From an uncultured Actinomycetota bacterium (GTDB lineage Bacteria > Actinomycetota > Actinomycetes > JAHEKZ01), in assembly GCA_963718235.1 (NCBI GenBank), contig CAVQYR010000001.1, positions 576,001 through 640,000 of the forward strand: a stretch of 64,000 nucleotides of DNA, written 5' to 3'. The notes below the pieces were generated by a model. The model did no database searches, was not told where the DNA came from, and saw only the letters and a program-made list of their open reading frames with translations. A program made the translations under genes and the position numbers. Of the stretch, positions 10,167 through 19,059 are shown in pieces; position 1 is the first letter of the stretch, and each line of letters begins with the position of its first letter.

Positions 10167-11519
10167 GTGATCTCCCTGAGCCGTTCGGCGTCGTGTCTGG
10201 TCGTCTGCGTGCTCGGGGTGGGTGGGCTCACCGCGTGCTCCGGAGGTGAGGAGTCGACGATCGAGGTGGCCAGTGTGGCCTCGGCGACCGTGGTCGAGGT
10301 CGTCGACGCTCCCGCCACGGTGACGGCGAACGCTTCGGCACAGGTCACGTCGCCGGCCACCGGTGACGTGCGAAGCCTGCGGGTGAGGGACGGTCAACGG
10401 GTCCCCGAGGGCCGGGTGCTGCTCGTGATCAGCTCACCGGAGGCCCAACGCACGCTCGCCCAGACCCAGCAGGCCGCTGCTGCTGCGTCGACCTCGGTGG
10501 ACCTCAACGGGATCGACGTGTCGACGTCCCAGTCGCAGGCGGATGCCGCAGCCCGCCGAGCGTTCGCGCAGGCCCGCCGCGCGGCGCAGCAGATCCCGGA
10601 CCAGACCCTGCGCGCGCAGGCCCTGAGCCAGGTCGACCAGGCCGAGGCGCAGTACGAGGCCGCCCAGGCGGCGGCGAGCTCTGCGGTCGACCAGATCAAC
10701 CAAGGCGTCGACAACCTCGCGTCGGCCCTCAACGCGTTCACTGCCGCGCAGCGCACCCAGGCCGACCTCGCCGTGCGGGCCGCGCAGAGTGCGGTCGACG
10801 CGCTGACCGTCCGGGCGCCGATCACCGGAACCGTCGTCCTCGGGGCCTCGTCGGGCGGTTCGGCCTCGTCGTCCGACCTCGGCGGGCTCGTGGACCAGCT
10901 GCCGGACTCGATCGCCGGCCAGGCGGGCGCGCTTCTTGGGGGTGGCTCGGCGGGTGGCGGCAGCACCACCGGCACGCTGGAGGTCGGCAGCCCGGTCAGC
11001 AGCGGCGACCCGCTGCTCACCGTCACCGACGTCTCCACCCTGTCCCTGACCGCGGAGGTCGACGAGACCGACGTCTTGCTGGTCGAGCCAGGCGTCGACG
11101 CAGACGTCGAGCTCGACGCGGTGCCAGGGGCGAGCTACCGGGCCACCGTGCGCAACATCGACCTGAACCCCACGACGTCCGGACGAGGTGGCGTCGGCTA
11201 CGTCGTGCGGCTGGACCTGTTCGGTGGGACCACGGCCGACGGCGGGGTCGCGCCCAGGCCGCGTCCGGGGATGTCGGCGGTGGCATCGCTCAAGGTCCGA
11301 ACGGCCAAGAACGCGGTCGCGGTGCCGGCGGCTGCGGTCTTCCGCGACGGCGACCGTGACGCCGTCTGGCTCGTCGACGACGGGGTGGCACGCAAGCAGA
11401 ACGTCACCCTCGGCGCGCAGGGCGAGGAGCAGATCCAGGTCACCGAGGGCGTCGCGATCGGTGACACCATCGTCGTCCGCGGCGCCGACCAGGTGCGCGA
11501 CGGCCAAGAGGTTCCGTGA
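10167..11519 (+). CDS. Efflux periplasmic-adaptor (MFP) family lipoprotein
   Basis: GTG 10167 six nt after TACGAT; lipobox LTAC, lipoyl-like VRDGQRV, coiled coil, VRAPITGTV, EVDETDV, PGMSA. Confidence 0.85.
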   Translation: MISLSRSASCLVVCVLGVGGLTACSGGEESTIEVASVASATVVEVVDAPATVTANASAQVTSPATGDVRSLRVRDGQRVPEGRVLLVISSPEAQRTLAQTQQAAAAASTSVDLNGIDVSTSQSQADAAARRAFAQARRAAQQIPDQTLRAQALSQVDQAEAQYEAAQAAASSAVDQINQGVDNLASALNAFTAAQRTQADLAVRAAQSAVDALTVRAPITGTVVLGASSGGSASSSDLGGLVDQLPDSIAGQAGALLGGGSAGGGSTTGTLEVGSPVSSGDPLLTVTDVSTLSLTAEVDETDVLLVEPGVDADVELDAVPGASYRATVRNIDLNPTTSGRGGVGYVVRLDLFGGTTADGGVAPRPRPGMSAVASLKVRTAKNAVAVPAAAVFRDGDRDAVWLVDDGVARKQNVTLGAQGEEQIQVTEGVAIGDTIVVRGADQVRDGQEVP

Positions 11520-12241
11520 GCGTCGATGCCGAACCGGTGACCACCTCCGCGGAGGCGATCGTCGCGTCGAACGTGGTGCGCACCTACCACCTCGATGGCG
11601 TCGAGGTGAACGCGCTCCTGGGCGTCTCCCTTCGGGTCGAGCCCGGTGAGTACGCGGCGATCGTCGGCCCGTCGGGCTCGGGCAAGTCGACGCTGATGCA
11701 TCTGCTGGGGCTGCTGGACCGCCCGACGTCGGGTTCGGTCCGGGTCGGTGGGCGCGACGCCACCGGGCTCAGCGACACCGAGCTCGCCGCCCTGCGCAAC
11801 GAGACCATCGGGTTCGTCTTCCAGTCGTTCCAGCTGCTCGCCCGGACGACGGCCACCGACAACGTCTCGTTGCCCCTGGTCTACCGAGGGACGCCTCGGC
11901 ACGAACGACGCGAGCGTGCGGTCGCGGCGCTGGAGACCGTCGGCCTCGGGCATCGCCTGGACCACCGGCCGTCCCAGATGTCCGGCGGTGAGCAGCAGCG
12001 GGTCGCGATCGCCCGCGCGCTGGTCGGCGAACCGCGGGTCCTGCTGGCCGATGAGCCGACGGGCAACCTGGACACCCGCACGGGCGAGGAGATCATGTCG
12101 ATCCTGGACAGCCTCAACCGCGACCGTGGAGTGGCGGTGCTCCTCGTGACCCACGACCGGGACGTCGCCGCCCGGGCGAGGCGGCAGATCCACATGCGCG
12201 ACGGACTGGTCGAGTCGGACAGTCACGGGCGCACGACGTGA
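11516..12241 (+). CDS. MacB/LolD-type ABC ATP-binding protein
   Basis: GPSGSGKST, IGFVFQSFQL, SGGEQQRVAIARA, ADEPTGNLD. Confidence 0.95.
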   Translation: MSVDAEPVTTSAEAIVASNVVRTYHLDGVEVNALLGVSLRVEPGEYAAIVGPSGSGKSTLMHLLGLLDRPTSGSVRVGGRDATGLSDTELAALRNETIGFVFQSFQLLARTTATDNVSLPLVYRGTPRHERRERAVAALETVGLGHRLDHRPSQMSGGEQQRVAIARALVGEPRVLLADEPTGNLDTRTGEEIMSILDSLNRDRGVAVLLVTHDRDVAARARRQIHMRDGLVESDSHGRTT

Positions 12242-13422
12242 GGCTCGGCGAGGGGTTCCGGGTCGCGCTGGACGCTCTTGCCGCGAACCGGCTGCGCAGC
12301 CTGCTCACGATGCTGGGCGTGATCATCGGCGTGGCCGCCGTCGTCGTCCTCGTCGCCATCGGCAGCGGGGCCAAGCAGGAGGTCGAGAGCCAGGTCGAGG
12401 GGCTGGGGTCGAACATCATCTTCGTGGTGCCGGGCAGCTTCGACCTCGGTGCTGCCCCGTCGATCTCCCGGCTGGAGCTGGACGACGTCGACTACGTCGG
12501 ACGGACGATCGGCAACCCCGACGCGGTGGCCACCACCGTGTCCAGCGGCGAGACGGTCAGTGTGGGTGCGAACGAGGTGTTCGCCACCATCGCCGGCACC
12601 AACGAGAACGTGCCGAACGTGTTCGACCGACCGGTCGCGCGAGGTGAGTACCTGACCACCGCCGACGTCGACACCCGCCGACGGGTCGCGGTCCTCGGCT
12701 CGGAGGTGGCCGACGCCCTGTTCGGCGACGTCGAGCCACTGGGCCGGCAGGTCAGCATCGGAGGTGTGCGGTTTCGGGTGATCGGCGTGTTCGAGGAGGT
12801 GGGGTCGACCTTCGGGGTCAGTCGCGACGACGAGGTGCACATCCCCGTCACCACGGCCCAGCAGCTGTTCGGGGTCGACCGGATCGACGCGATCGCGGTG
12901 AAGGCGCCGACGATCGACGACGTTGACGCGACGAAGGCCGAGATCCTGGCGGCGCTGAGGGACAAGTACCCCGACGATGAGTTCTCTGCGGTGACGCAGA
13001 CCCAGATCCTCGGCACGCTGGGGTCGATCCTCGGACTGCTCACGCTGGTGCTCGCGGCGATCGCCGCGATCTCGTTGCTGGTCGGCGGGGTGGGGGTCTC
13101 CAACATCATGCTGGTCAGCGTGCGCGAGCGAACCCGTGAGATCGGCCTGCGCAAGGCGCTCGGCGCGCGTCAGCGCGACATCACCGTGCAGTTCCTCGTC
13201 GAGGCAGTGCTGCTCACCACGGTCGGTGGCGTGATCGGGATGTCCCTGGGTGTGGCGACGGCACTGCTGCTCGGGTCGGTGTCACCACTGCCGGCGGTCA
13301 TTGCCTGGTGGTCGCTGGCCCTGGCGTTCGTGGTGTCGGTCGGGGTCGGTGTGTTCTTCGGGGTCATTCCGGCCCGCCGGGCCGGACGCCTCGACCCGGT
13401 GGTGGCGCTGCGCACCGAGTGA
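12238..13422 (+). CDS. MacB/FtsX-type ABC permease
   Basis: RSLLTMLGVIIG, NIMLVSVRERTREIGLRKALGA, PARRAGRLDPV. Confidence 0.95.
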   Translation: MRLGEGFRVALDALAANRLRSLLTMLGVIIGVAAVVVLVAIGSGAKQEVESQVEGLGSNIIFVVPGSFDLGAAPSISRLELDDVDYVGRTIGNPDAVATTVSSGETVSVGANEVFATIAGTNENVPNVFDRPVARGEYLTTADVDTRRRVAVLGSEVADALFGDVEPLGRQVSIGGVRFRVIGVFEEVGSTFGVSRDDEVHIPVTTAQQLFGVDRIDAIAVKAPTIDDVDATKAEILAALRDKYPDDEFSAVTQTQILGTLGSILGLLTLVLAAIAAISLLVGGVGVSNIMLVSVRERTREIGLRKALGARQRDITVQFLVEAVLLTTVGGVIGMSLGVATALLLGSVSPLPAVIAWWSLALAFVVSVGVGVFFGVIPARRAGRLDPVVALRTE

Positions 13423-13470
13423 CCTCTGGCTCTTCCGAGCGAGCGACCGATGCCCGATAGCGTGCCGGGC

Positions 13471-14664
13471 ATGGTCGTCCCACCGGGTCCGTGCCGGGCC
13501 ATCGTCGTCTGGGACGACAGCCTGCTCGCCTACGACTTCGGTCCGCTGCACCCGATGGCCCCGGTGCGGCTCGACCTGACGATGCGACTGGCCCGTGAGC
13601 TCGGAGTCCTGGACCACCTCGAGCTGCTCGACGCACCAGCGGCGTCCGACGTGCTGCTCGCCCTGGTCCATGACGCCGACTACGTGGCCGCGGTCCGGGC
13701 GGCCGGCGCAGGTGTGGGCGGGGCGGACCACGCATTCGGGCTCGGCACCCCCGACGTGCCGGTGTTCCCTGACATGCACGAGGTCTCGTCGCGGGTCGTC
13801 GCGGCGACCACCGAGGCGGCGCGCAGCGTCCTGTCCGGCGGCTGCGACCACGCCGTGAGTCCGGCGGGCGGCCTGCACCACGCGATGCGCGCCCACGCCT
13901 CAGGCTTCTGCGTGTACAACGACGTCGCGGTGGCGATCCAGTGGCTGCTCGGCCAGGGCGTCGAGCGCGTCGCGTACGTCGACGTCGATGTGCATCACGG
14001 GGACGGCGTCGAGGCGGTCTTCTGGGACGACCCCCGCGTCCTGACCGTCTCGCTGCACGAGTCACCGAGCACGCTGTTCCCGGGCACGGGCTGGGCCCAG
14101 GACGTCGGCGGCGCCGGTGCCGAGGGCTGCGCCGTCAACGTGGCACTGCCCCCCGGCACCGGTGACGACGCCTGGCTGCGGGCCATCGTCTCCGTCGTCC
14201 CGGAGCTGCTGGAGGTCTTCTCGCCCCAGGTGCTGGTCACCCAGCACGGGTGCGACAGCCACTTCCTCGACCCTTTGGCGCACCTGGCAGTCAGTGTCGA
14301 CGGCCAGCGCACGGCAGCCGTGCTCCTGCACCAGTGGGCCCACCGGTTCGCCGACGGGCGGTGGGTGGCGACGGGCGGCGGGGGCTACGCCGTCGTCGAC
14401 GTCGTGCCCAGGTCCTGGACCCACCTGATGGCCGAGGTCGCGGGGGTGCCCCTCGATCCGGAGACCGCCGTTCCGGCCGGCTGGCGGGAGTACGTCGCCG
14501 AGCGCCTCCAGCAGGTGGCGCCGCTGCGGATGACCGACGGCGACCACCCCGTGGTCAGGGACCTCGCCTCGGGCTACGACCCGGCCGACCCGGTCGATCA
14601 GGCGATCCTCGCGACCCGGCGGGCGGTCTTTCCCCATCACGGGCTGGATCCGCAGCCTTACTGA
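13471..14664 (+). CDS. acuC: AcuC-like Zn-dependent (histone deacetylase family) protein deacylase
   Basis: HPMAPVR, GGLHHA, SGFCVYND, DVDVHHGDG, LFPGTG, GCD..DPL, GGGGY. Start placed at ATG 13471 (7 nt after TAGCGT); ATG 13450 is the alternative. Confidence 0.9.
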   Translation: MVVPPGPCRAIVVWDDSLLAYDFGPLHPMAPVRLDLTMRLARELGVLDHLELLDAPAASDVLLALVHDADYVAAVRAAGAGVGGADHAFGLGTPDVPVFPDMHEVSSRVVAATTEAARSVLSGGCDHAVSPAGGLHHAMRAHASGFCVYNDVAVAIQWLLGQGVERVAYVDVDVHHGDGVEAVFWDDPRVLTVSLHESPSTLFPGTGWAQDVGGAGAEGCAVNVALPPGTGDDAWLRAIVSVVPELLEVFSPQVLVTQHGCDSHFLDPLAHLAVSVDGQRTAAVLLHQWAHRFADGRWVATGGGGYAVVDVVPRSWTHLMAEVAGVPLDPETAVPAGWREYVAERLQQVAPLRMTDGDHPVVRDLASGYDPADPVDQAILATRRAVFPHHGLDPQPY

Positions 14665-14814
14665 TGCCCCGAACGGGTGCGCCCGTCCGGGTGGGTTCAG
14701 CTCGGCCCGCTCCCCAGCAGCCCCAGGCGTCACTACGCTGAGCCGAGCTGCCCGAACCGTCTGAGTCCCGCAGGGGAAGCCGGGGCGCGGTCGGGCGTAG
14801 GGGATCGGTGTCAG

Positions 14815-15021
14815 ATGAGCGCGTCAGACCAACCTCCCTTGGCGGGGGCGAAGTTCCTCACGGTGGCCGAGGTCGCCGCGATCATGCGCGTGTCCAAGAT
14901 GACCGTGTACCGGTTGGTGCACTCCGGGGAGCTCCCCGCTCTTCGGGTCGGCCGGTCCTTTCGGGTCCCGGCCTCGGCCGTGGACGACTACCTGCGTGAC
15001 TCCTTCATCGAGACCGCCTGA
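14815..15021 (+). CDS. Small HTH_17/excisionase-like DNA-binding protein (Rv0500A-like)
   Basis: FLTVAEVAAIMRVSKMTVYRLVHSGELPALRVGRSFRVP; conserved position before bS22. Confidence 0.92.
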   Translation: MSASDQPPLAGAKFLTVAEVAAIMRVSKMTVYRLVHSGELPALRVGRSFRVPASAVDDYLRDSFIETA

Positions 15022-15118
15022 CCCTGTGCCGCCTACTCGCGGGTAGGGTGACGCTTGCGGTCGTCAGGCTGCAACGTCCTCGGGGCCAGGCCCCTCACTT
15101 GAGCCGAAAGAGATCACC

Positions 15119-15217
15119 GTGGGTTCTGTCGTCAAGAAGCGCCGCAAGCGGATGGCGAAGAAGAAGCACCGCAAGCTCCTTCGCAAGACCCGCGTCCAGC
15201 GGCGCAACAAGAAGTAG
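15119..15217 (+). CDS. 30S ribosomal protein bS22 (32 aa)
   Basis: Below ORF-track cutoff; manual translation [32 protein letters not shown]. Confidence 0.95.
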   Translation: MGSVVKKRRKRMAKKKHRKLLRKTRVQRRNKK

Positions 15218-15231
15218 CACGCAGGAACCCG

Positions 15232-16248
15232 ATGCCGGCAGTCGTCCTCGTCACGGGGGTTTCTCGCTACCTGGGCGGGCGACTGGCGCACCTCCTCCAG
15301 CAGCGCCCCGACGTAGAGCGGGTCATCGGAGTCGACGTCGTGCCACCCAAGGCCGATCTCGGCCGCACCGAGTTCGTGCGGGCCGACATCCGCAACCCCG
15401 TGATCGCCAAGGTCATCGCCGCGGCCCAGGTCGACACCGTCGTGCACATGAACGTCATCGCGACCCCAGTCGGGGCCGGCGGGCGTTCGTCGATGAAAGA
15501 GATCAACGTCATCGGCACCATGCAGCTGTTGGCGGCCTGCCAGAAGGCGCCGAGCATCGACAAGCTCGTCGTGAAGTCGTCAACCGTCGTGTACGGGGTC
15601 TCGTCGAAGGACCCGGCGATGTTCACCGAGGACACCGAGCCCAAGCGGCTCCCGCGCTCGGGCTTCGCGAAGGACTCGGTCGAGGTCGAAGGCTACGTCC
15701 GCGGTTTCTCCCGCCGCCGGTCCGACGTCACGGTGTCGATGATCCGGTTCGCCAACATCTTCGGCCCCGGCATGGACACACCGTTGAGCCGGTACTTCTC
15801 GCTGCCGGTCGTGCCCACGGTGCTCGGCTTCGACGCGCGCCTTCAGCTGGCCCACGAGACCGATGCGTTGGAGGTGCTGCGACGCTGCACGTTCGAGGAG
15901 CACCATGGCACGTTCAACGTCGCCGGTGACGGCGCCCTGATGCTGTCGCAGGCGATCGCCCGGGCGGGTCGGGCCAACCTGCCGCTGCCCCCACCCTTCG
16001 CCGGCTTGGCGCGCGACATCGTGCGAAGGGCGGGGCTCATCGACTTCTCGCCCGAGCAGGTCGAGTTCCTGAAGTACGGACGCGTGGTGGACACGACGCG
16101 CATGCGCGAGCGACTGGCGTTCGAGCCGGCCTTCAGCACCGGCGACACGTTCGACGAGTTCGTCGATCGGCACCGGTTGGCCCGAGTGGTGCCGCTCGGG
16201 GCGCTGTCGGCGCTCGAGGACACGTTGACCGCACGGGGAGGTGCCTGA
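15232..16248 (+). CDS. NAD-dependent epimerase/dehydratase family protein
   Basis: VLVTGVSRYLG, KEINVIGTMQLLAAC, KSSTVVYG, RFANIFGP. Confidence 0.9.
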   Translation: MPAVVLVTGVSRYLGGRLAHLLQQRPDVERVIGVDVVPPKADLGRTEFVRADIRNPVIAKVIAAAQVDTVVHMNVIATPVGAGGRSSMKEINVIGTMQLLAACQKAPSIDKLVVKSSTVVYGVSSKDPAMFTEDTEPKRLPRSGFAKDSVEVEGYVRGFSRRRSDVTVSMIRFANIFGPGMDTPLSRYFSLPVVPTVLGFDARLQLAHETDALEVLRRCTFEEHHGTFNVAGDGALMLSQAIARAGRANLPLPPPFAGLARDIVRRAGLIDFSPEQVEFLKYGRVVDTTRMRERLAFEPAFSTGDTFDEFVDRHRLARVVPLGALSALEDTLTARGGA

Positions 16249-17264
16249 TGCCCGACGCCCGGGTCATCCCGCTGGACGGCGCAGAGCCCGGCCGGCGGCG
16301 TCCGAAGGCGGCCAAGAGCCCAACGCCGCCAGGTGTCGACGACCTGCAGCGCGCCGTCGACGACGAGTCCGACGGTCCGGAAGGCTCGGCCCCGCCACCC
16401 AGCGACTCAGCCGGGGCGCCGGCAGCGGGCTGGGAAGGCCATCTGGCCACCGGTCTTCGGTTCCTGCGGCGGCGGCTGGAGGGACAGTACGAGGTCGACG
16501 ACTTCGGCTACGACCCCGAGCTCACCAACGACGTGCTCATCCCGATCCTGCGCCCGCTCGCGGACCGCTGGTTCCGGATCGAGGTGCACGGTCTGGAGAA
16601 CATCCCGGCCGAGGGCGGCGTGCTGATCGTCGCGAACCACTCCGGGACGGTGGCGCTCGACGCGATCATGACCCAGGTCGTGCTTCGCGACCGGCACCCG
16701 CAGCACCGCAACCTGCGCATGCTGGGGGCCGACCTCGTCTTCGCCCTGCCCTTCATCGGTCAGCTGGCCCGTCGCTCTGGGCACACGCTGGCCTGCAACC
16801 CCGACGCCGAGCGACTCCTGAGGGCCGGTGAGGTCGTCGGGGTCTGGCCGGAGGGCTTCAAGGGAATCGGCAAGCCCTACTCCGAGCGGTACAAGCTGCA
16901 GCGCTTCGGTCGTGGTGGGTTCGTGTCGGCTGCGCTTTCGGCCAAGGTGCCGATCGTGCCCTGCTCGATCGTCGGCGCCGAGGAGATCTACCCCATCCTG
17001 GGCAACGCCAAGACGTTGGCCCGGCTCCTCGGTCTGCCTTACTTCCCGCTGACGCCGACGTTCCCGTGGCTCGGACCCCTCGGCGTCGTCCCGCTGCCGA
17101 GCAAGTGGCACATCGAGTTCGGCGAACCGATCCTCACCGACGGCTTCGACGACGCGGCCGCGGAGGACCCGATGCTGATGTTCAACCTCACCGACCAGGT
17201 GCGTGAGACGATCCAGCACACGTTGTACAAGCTGCTCATGCAGCGACGCAGCGTCTTCTTCTGA
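16248..17264 (+). CDS. Lysophospholipid acyltransferase family protein
   Basis: ANHSG...D, VWPEGFKG, FGRGGFV, IEFGEPI. Confidence 0.9.
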   Translation: MPDARVIPLDGAEPGRRRPKAAKSPTPPGVDDLQRAVDDESDGPEGSAPPPSDSAGAPAAGWEGHLATGLRFLRRRLEGQYEVDDFGYDPELTNDVLIPILRPLADRWFRIEVHGLENIPAEGGVLIVANHSGTVALDAIMTQVVLRDRHPQHRNLRMLGADLVFALPFIGQLARRSGHTLACNPDAERLLRAGEVVGVWPEGFKGIGKPYSERYKLQRFGRGGFVSAALSAKVPIVPCSIVGAEEIYPILGNAKTLARLLGLPYFPLTPTFPWLGPLGVVPLPSKWHIEFGEPILTDGFDDAAAEDPMLMFNLTDQVRETIQHTLYKLLMQRRSVFF

Positions 17265-17278
17265 CCGAGGCGGCCGGG

Positions 17279-18172
17279 TCAGGTCGCGGCGTCGCGTCGA
17301 CGTTGGTCGGCCACGACGCCCCCGACCACACCCGCTGCCACACCGACTGCCAGCGCGGTCGGGAGCCCGATCTTGGCCACCTTGCGCCCGGTCCGGTAGT
17401 CGTAGACCTTCCAGTCCATGGCCTTGGCATGGCGTCGAAGCGCGGTGTCCGGGTTGATCGCCGTGGGGTGGCCGACCATGGCCAGCATGGGGATGTCGTT
17501 GGCCGAGTCGGAGTACGCCGAGCACCGCTGGAGGTCGAGCCCCTCACGATCGGCCAGGGCACGGACCGCCTCGGCCTTGGCCGGGCCGTGCAGCGGTGCC
17601 CCGCGCAGACGCCCGGTGTAGACGCCGTCGTCGACCTCGGAGACGGTGGCCAGGGCCCCGGTGAGCCCGAGTCGCTCAGCGATGATCGACGCCATCTCGA
17701 TCGGCGCTGCCGACACGAGCCACACCCGATGACCTGCCTTGAGGTGCTGTGCCGCCAGGGCCACGGTGCCGGCGTACAGCCGGTCGGCGATCCGCTCGTC
17801 GAAGATCTCCTCGGTGAGGGCGTTGATCTCGTCGACGGTGTGGCCGGCGACGAACGACAACGCGGAGTCGACCGCCGATGCCATGTCCTCGAGGTCCTCC
17901 CGGCCGGCCACCCGGAACTTCACCTGCTTCCAGGCGAAGTCGCGCACGTCGCTCATCGTGAAGAACTTGCGCTGAGCGAGTCCCATCGCGAGGTGGAAGA
18001 CCGACGCTCCGCGCACGATCGTGTTGTCGATGTCGAAGAAGGCCGCCACGGTGGGGTCGAGGTCAGTGTCGGTGTCGGTGTCGGCGAATGAGCGGTCGAC
18101 CCGGGCCCGTGCGGCCGCGGCCTCGCCGGCGACCACGGCGGGCGCGCGCCGAGACGAGCGACGGACAGGCAT
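17279..18172 (-). CDS. HAD-IB family hydrolase (SerB1-like)
   Basis: FFDIDNT, WLVSA, GPAKA, AYSDSANDIPML, AINPD. Confidence 0.92.
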   Translation of the reverse strand: MPVRRSSRRAPAVVAGEAAAARARVDRSFADTDTDTDLDPTVAAFFDIDNTIVRGASVFHLAMGLAQRKFFTMSDVRDFAWKQVKFRVAGREDLEDMASAVDSALSFVAGHTVDEINALTEEIFDERIADRLYAGTVALAAQHLKAGHRVWLVSAAPIEMASIIAERLGLTGALATVSEVDDGVYTGRLRGAPLHGPAKAEAVRALADREGLDLQRCSAYSDSANDIPMLAMVGHPTAINPDTALRRHAKAMDWKVYDYRTGRKVAKIGLPTALAVGVAAGVVGGVVADQRRRDAAT

Positions 18173-18197
18173 GCCTTCAGGCTACGGGTCCCAACGG

Positions 18198-18899
18198 TCA
18201 GCGGCCGACCGTGGACATCACGGTGGCGAAGTCGACTGCCGAGCGCAGCGGGTCTGAGCGCTTGCCCGATCGAACCGCCTTGCGGGCCTGGGCGATCTTG
18301 CCCCGCAGCACGTCCTCGGGCGACGGAGGTGGCGGCGCCGTCCAGGTCGAGGCACTGCTGGGTGCGGAGCCACCCACGGCCGGGCCGGAGCCGCTGCCCG
18401 AGACCGTCGGTGCGGCGCCGCTGGGTGCCCGGAAGACCTGGGAGACCCAGAGGCTGCCGTCCTTGCCGACCGCGGTGCCGATGCCGAACTGGGTGAAGAC
18501 CGGGTCCAGGATGTTCGCGCGGTGCTCGGGGCTGGCCATGAAGGCGTCCTCGATCGAGCGCCAGTCGCCGCCGACCCCGACGTTCTCGGCCACGACCTGC
18601 CAGCCGGAGACGTCGGCACCGAGCGTCGGGTTGTGGAACAGCTCGTCGGCGTCTGCGCATCGCTGGGCCTGTGCCCGGGCCACCGCCGACAGGTCCGCCT
18701 GCAGGGACATGGCCGCCACCCCATGGCCCGACCGGGCGGCGTTGACCGCGGAGGCGAAGCTGCCCTCGTCGGGACCGGCGAAGGCGACACCCGCCGAGAG
18801 CACTCCCCAGGCGAGGGCCAGCACCAGGGTCGCCAGGAGGGACCGCGTGACCGGCCTCCCTGCCGACGCGGCGCTCCGACCTGCTGGGTGCTCACCCAC
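18198..18899 (-). CDS. Secreted CAP/SCP domain protein
   Basis: GTG 18899 with AGGAGG RBS; signal peptide (..GVAFA), VNAAR, LFHN, AENVG, MASPEHRANIL, FGIG, WVSQVF; Pro/Ser linker. Confidence 0.87.
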   Translation of the reverse strand: MGEHPAGRSAASAGRPVTRSLLATLVLALAWGVLSAGVAFAGPDEGSFASAVNAARSGHGVAAMSLQADLSAVARAQAQRCADADELFHNPTLGADVSGWQVVAENVGVGGDWRSIEDAFMASPEHRANILDPVFTQFGIGTAVGKDGSLWVSQVFRAPSGAAPTVSGSGSGPAVGGSAPSSASTWTAPPPPSPEDVLRGKIAQARKAVRSGKRSDPLRSAVDFATVMSTVGR

Positions 18900-18928
18900 G
18901 GCGACTCCTCCTGGGACGGTCGCTCCAT

Positions 18929-18964
18929 CGACTCGGGCTGCGACTCGGGCTGCGACTCGGGGTG
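18929..18964. repeat. 3 x 12-bp tandem repeat CGACTCGGG(C/G)TG
   Basis: Units at 18929, 18941, 18953 in the CAP/acyl-CoA ligase intergenic region. Confidence 0.85.
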
Positions 18965-19059
18965 CGACCCGTACGGGTCCTCCCAGGAGGTGTCGGGGCC
19001 TGAGGTCAGGACTTGAGCCCCGGGTGGGGCCGGGCGCGCTGTGCGAGACTCTCCGGACC

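Noticed and set aside
14755-14800. CTGAGTCCCGCAGGGGAAGCCGGGG resembles the 5' part of a c-di-AMP (ydaO) riboswitch
   Set aside because: Downstream conserved blocks (TGGGGTGAA, CCCGTCAGCTAAC) are absent and the leader is too short.
14815-15021. Excisionase-like HTH as a prophage/ICE marker
   Set aside because: It is the conserved core gene before bS22; no integrase or att site nearby.
18066-18083. GTGTCG x3 hexamer run in the HAD gene
   Set aside because: Short in-frame DTDTDT linker; no phase-variation potential.
18929-18964. CRISPR array
   Set aside because: 12-bp contiguous repeats with no spacers; no cas genes. No spaced repeat array seen elsewhere in the window.
18088-19059. Long N-terminal extensions in the ORF track (acyl-CoA ligase; also ppx, hemA, resB, menB, tetR, SBP)
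   Set aside because: They overlap neighbouring genes; downstream starts with RBS or -10 signals fit family lengths, so these are not real fusions.
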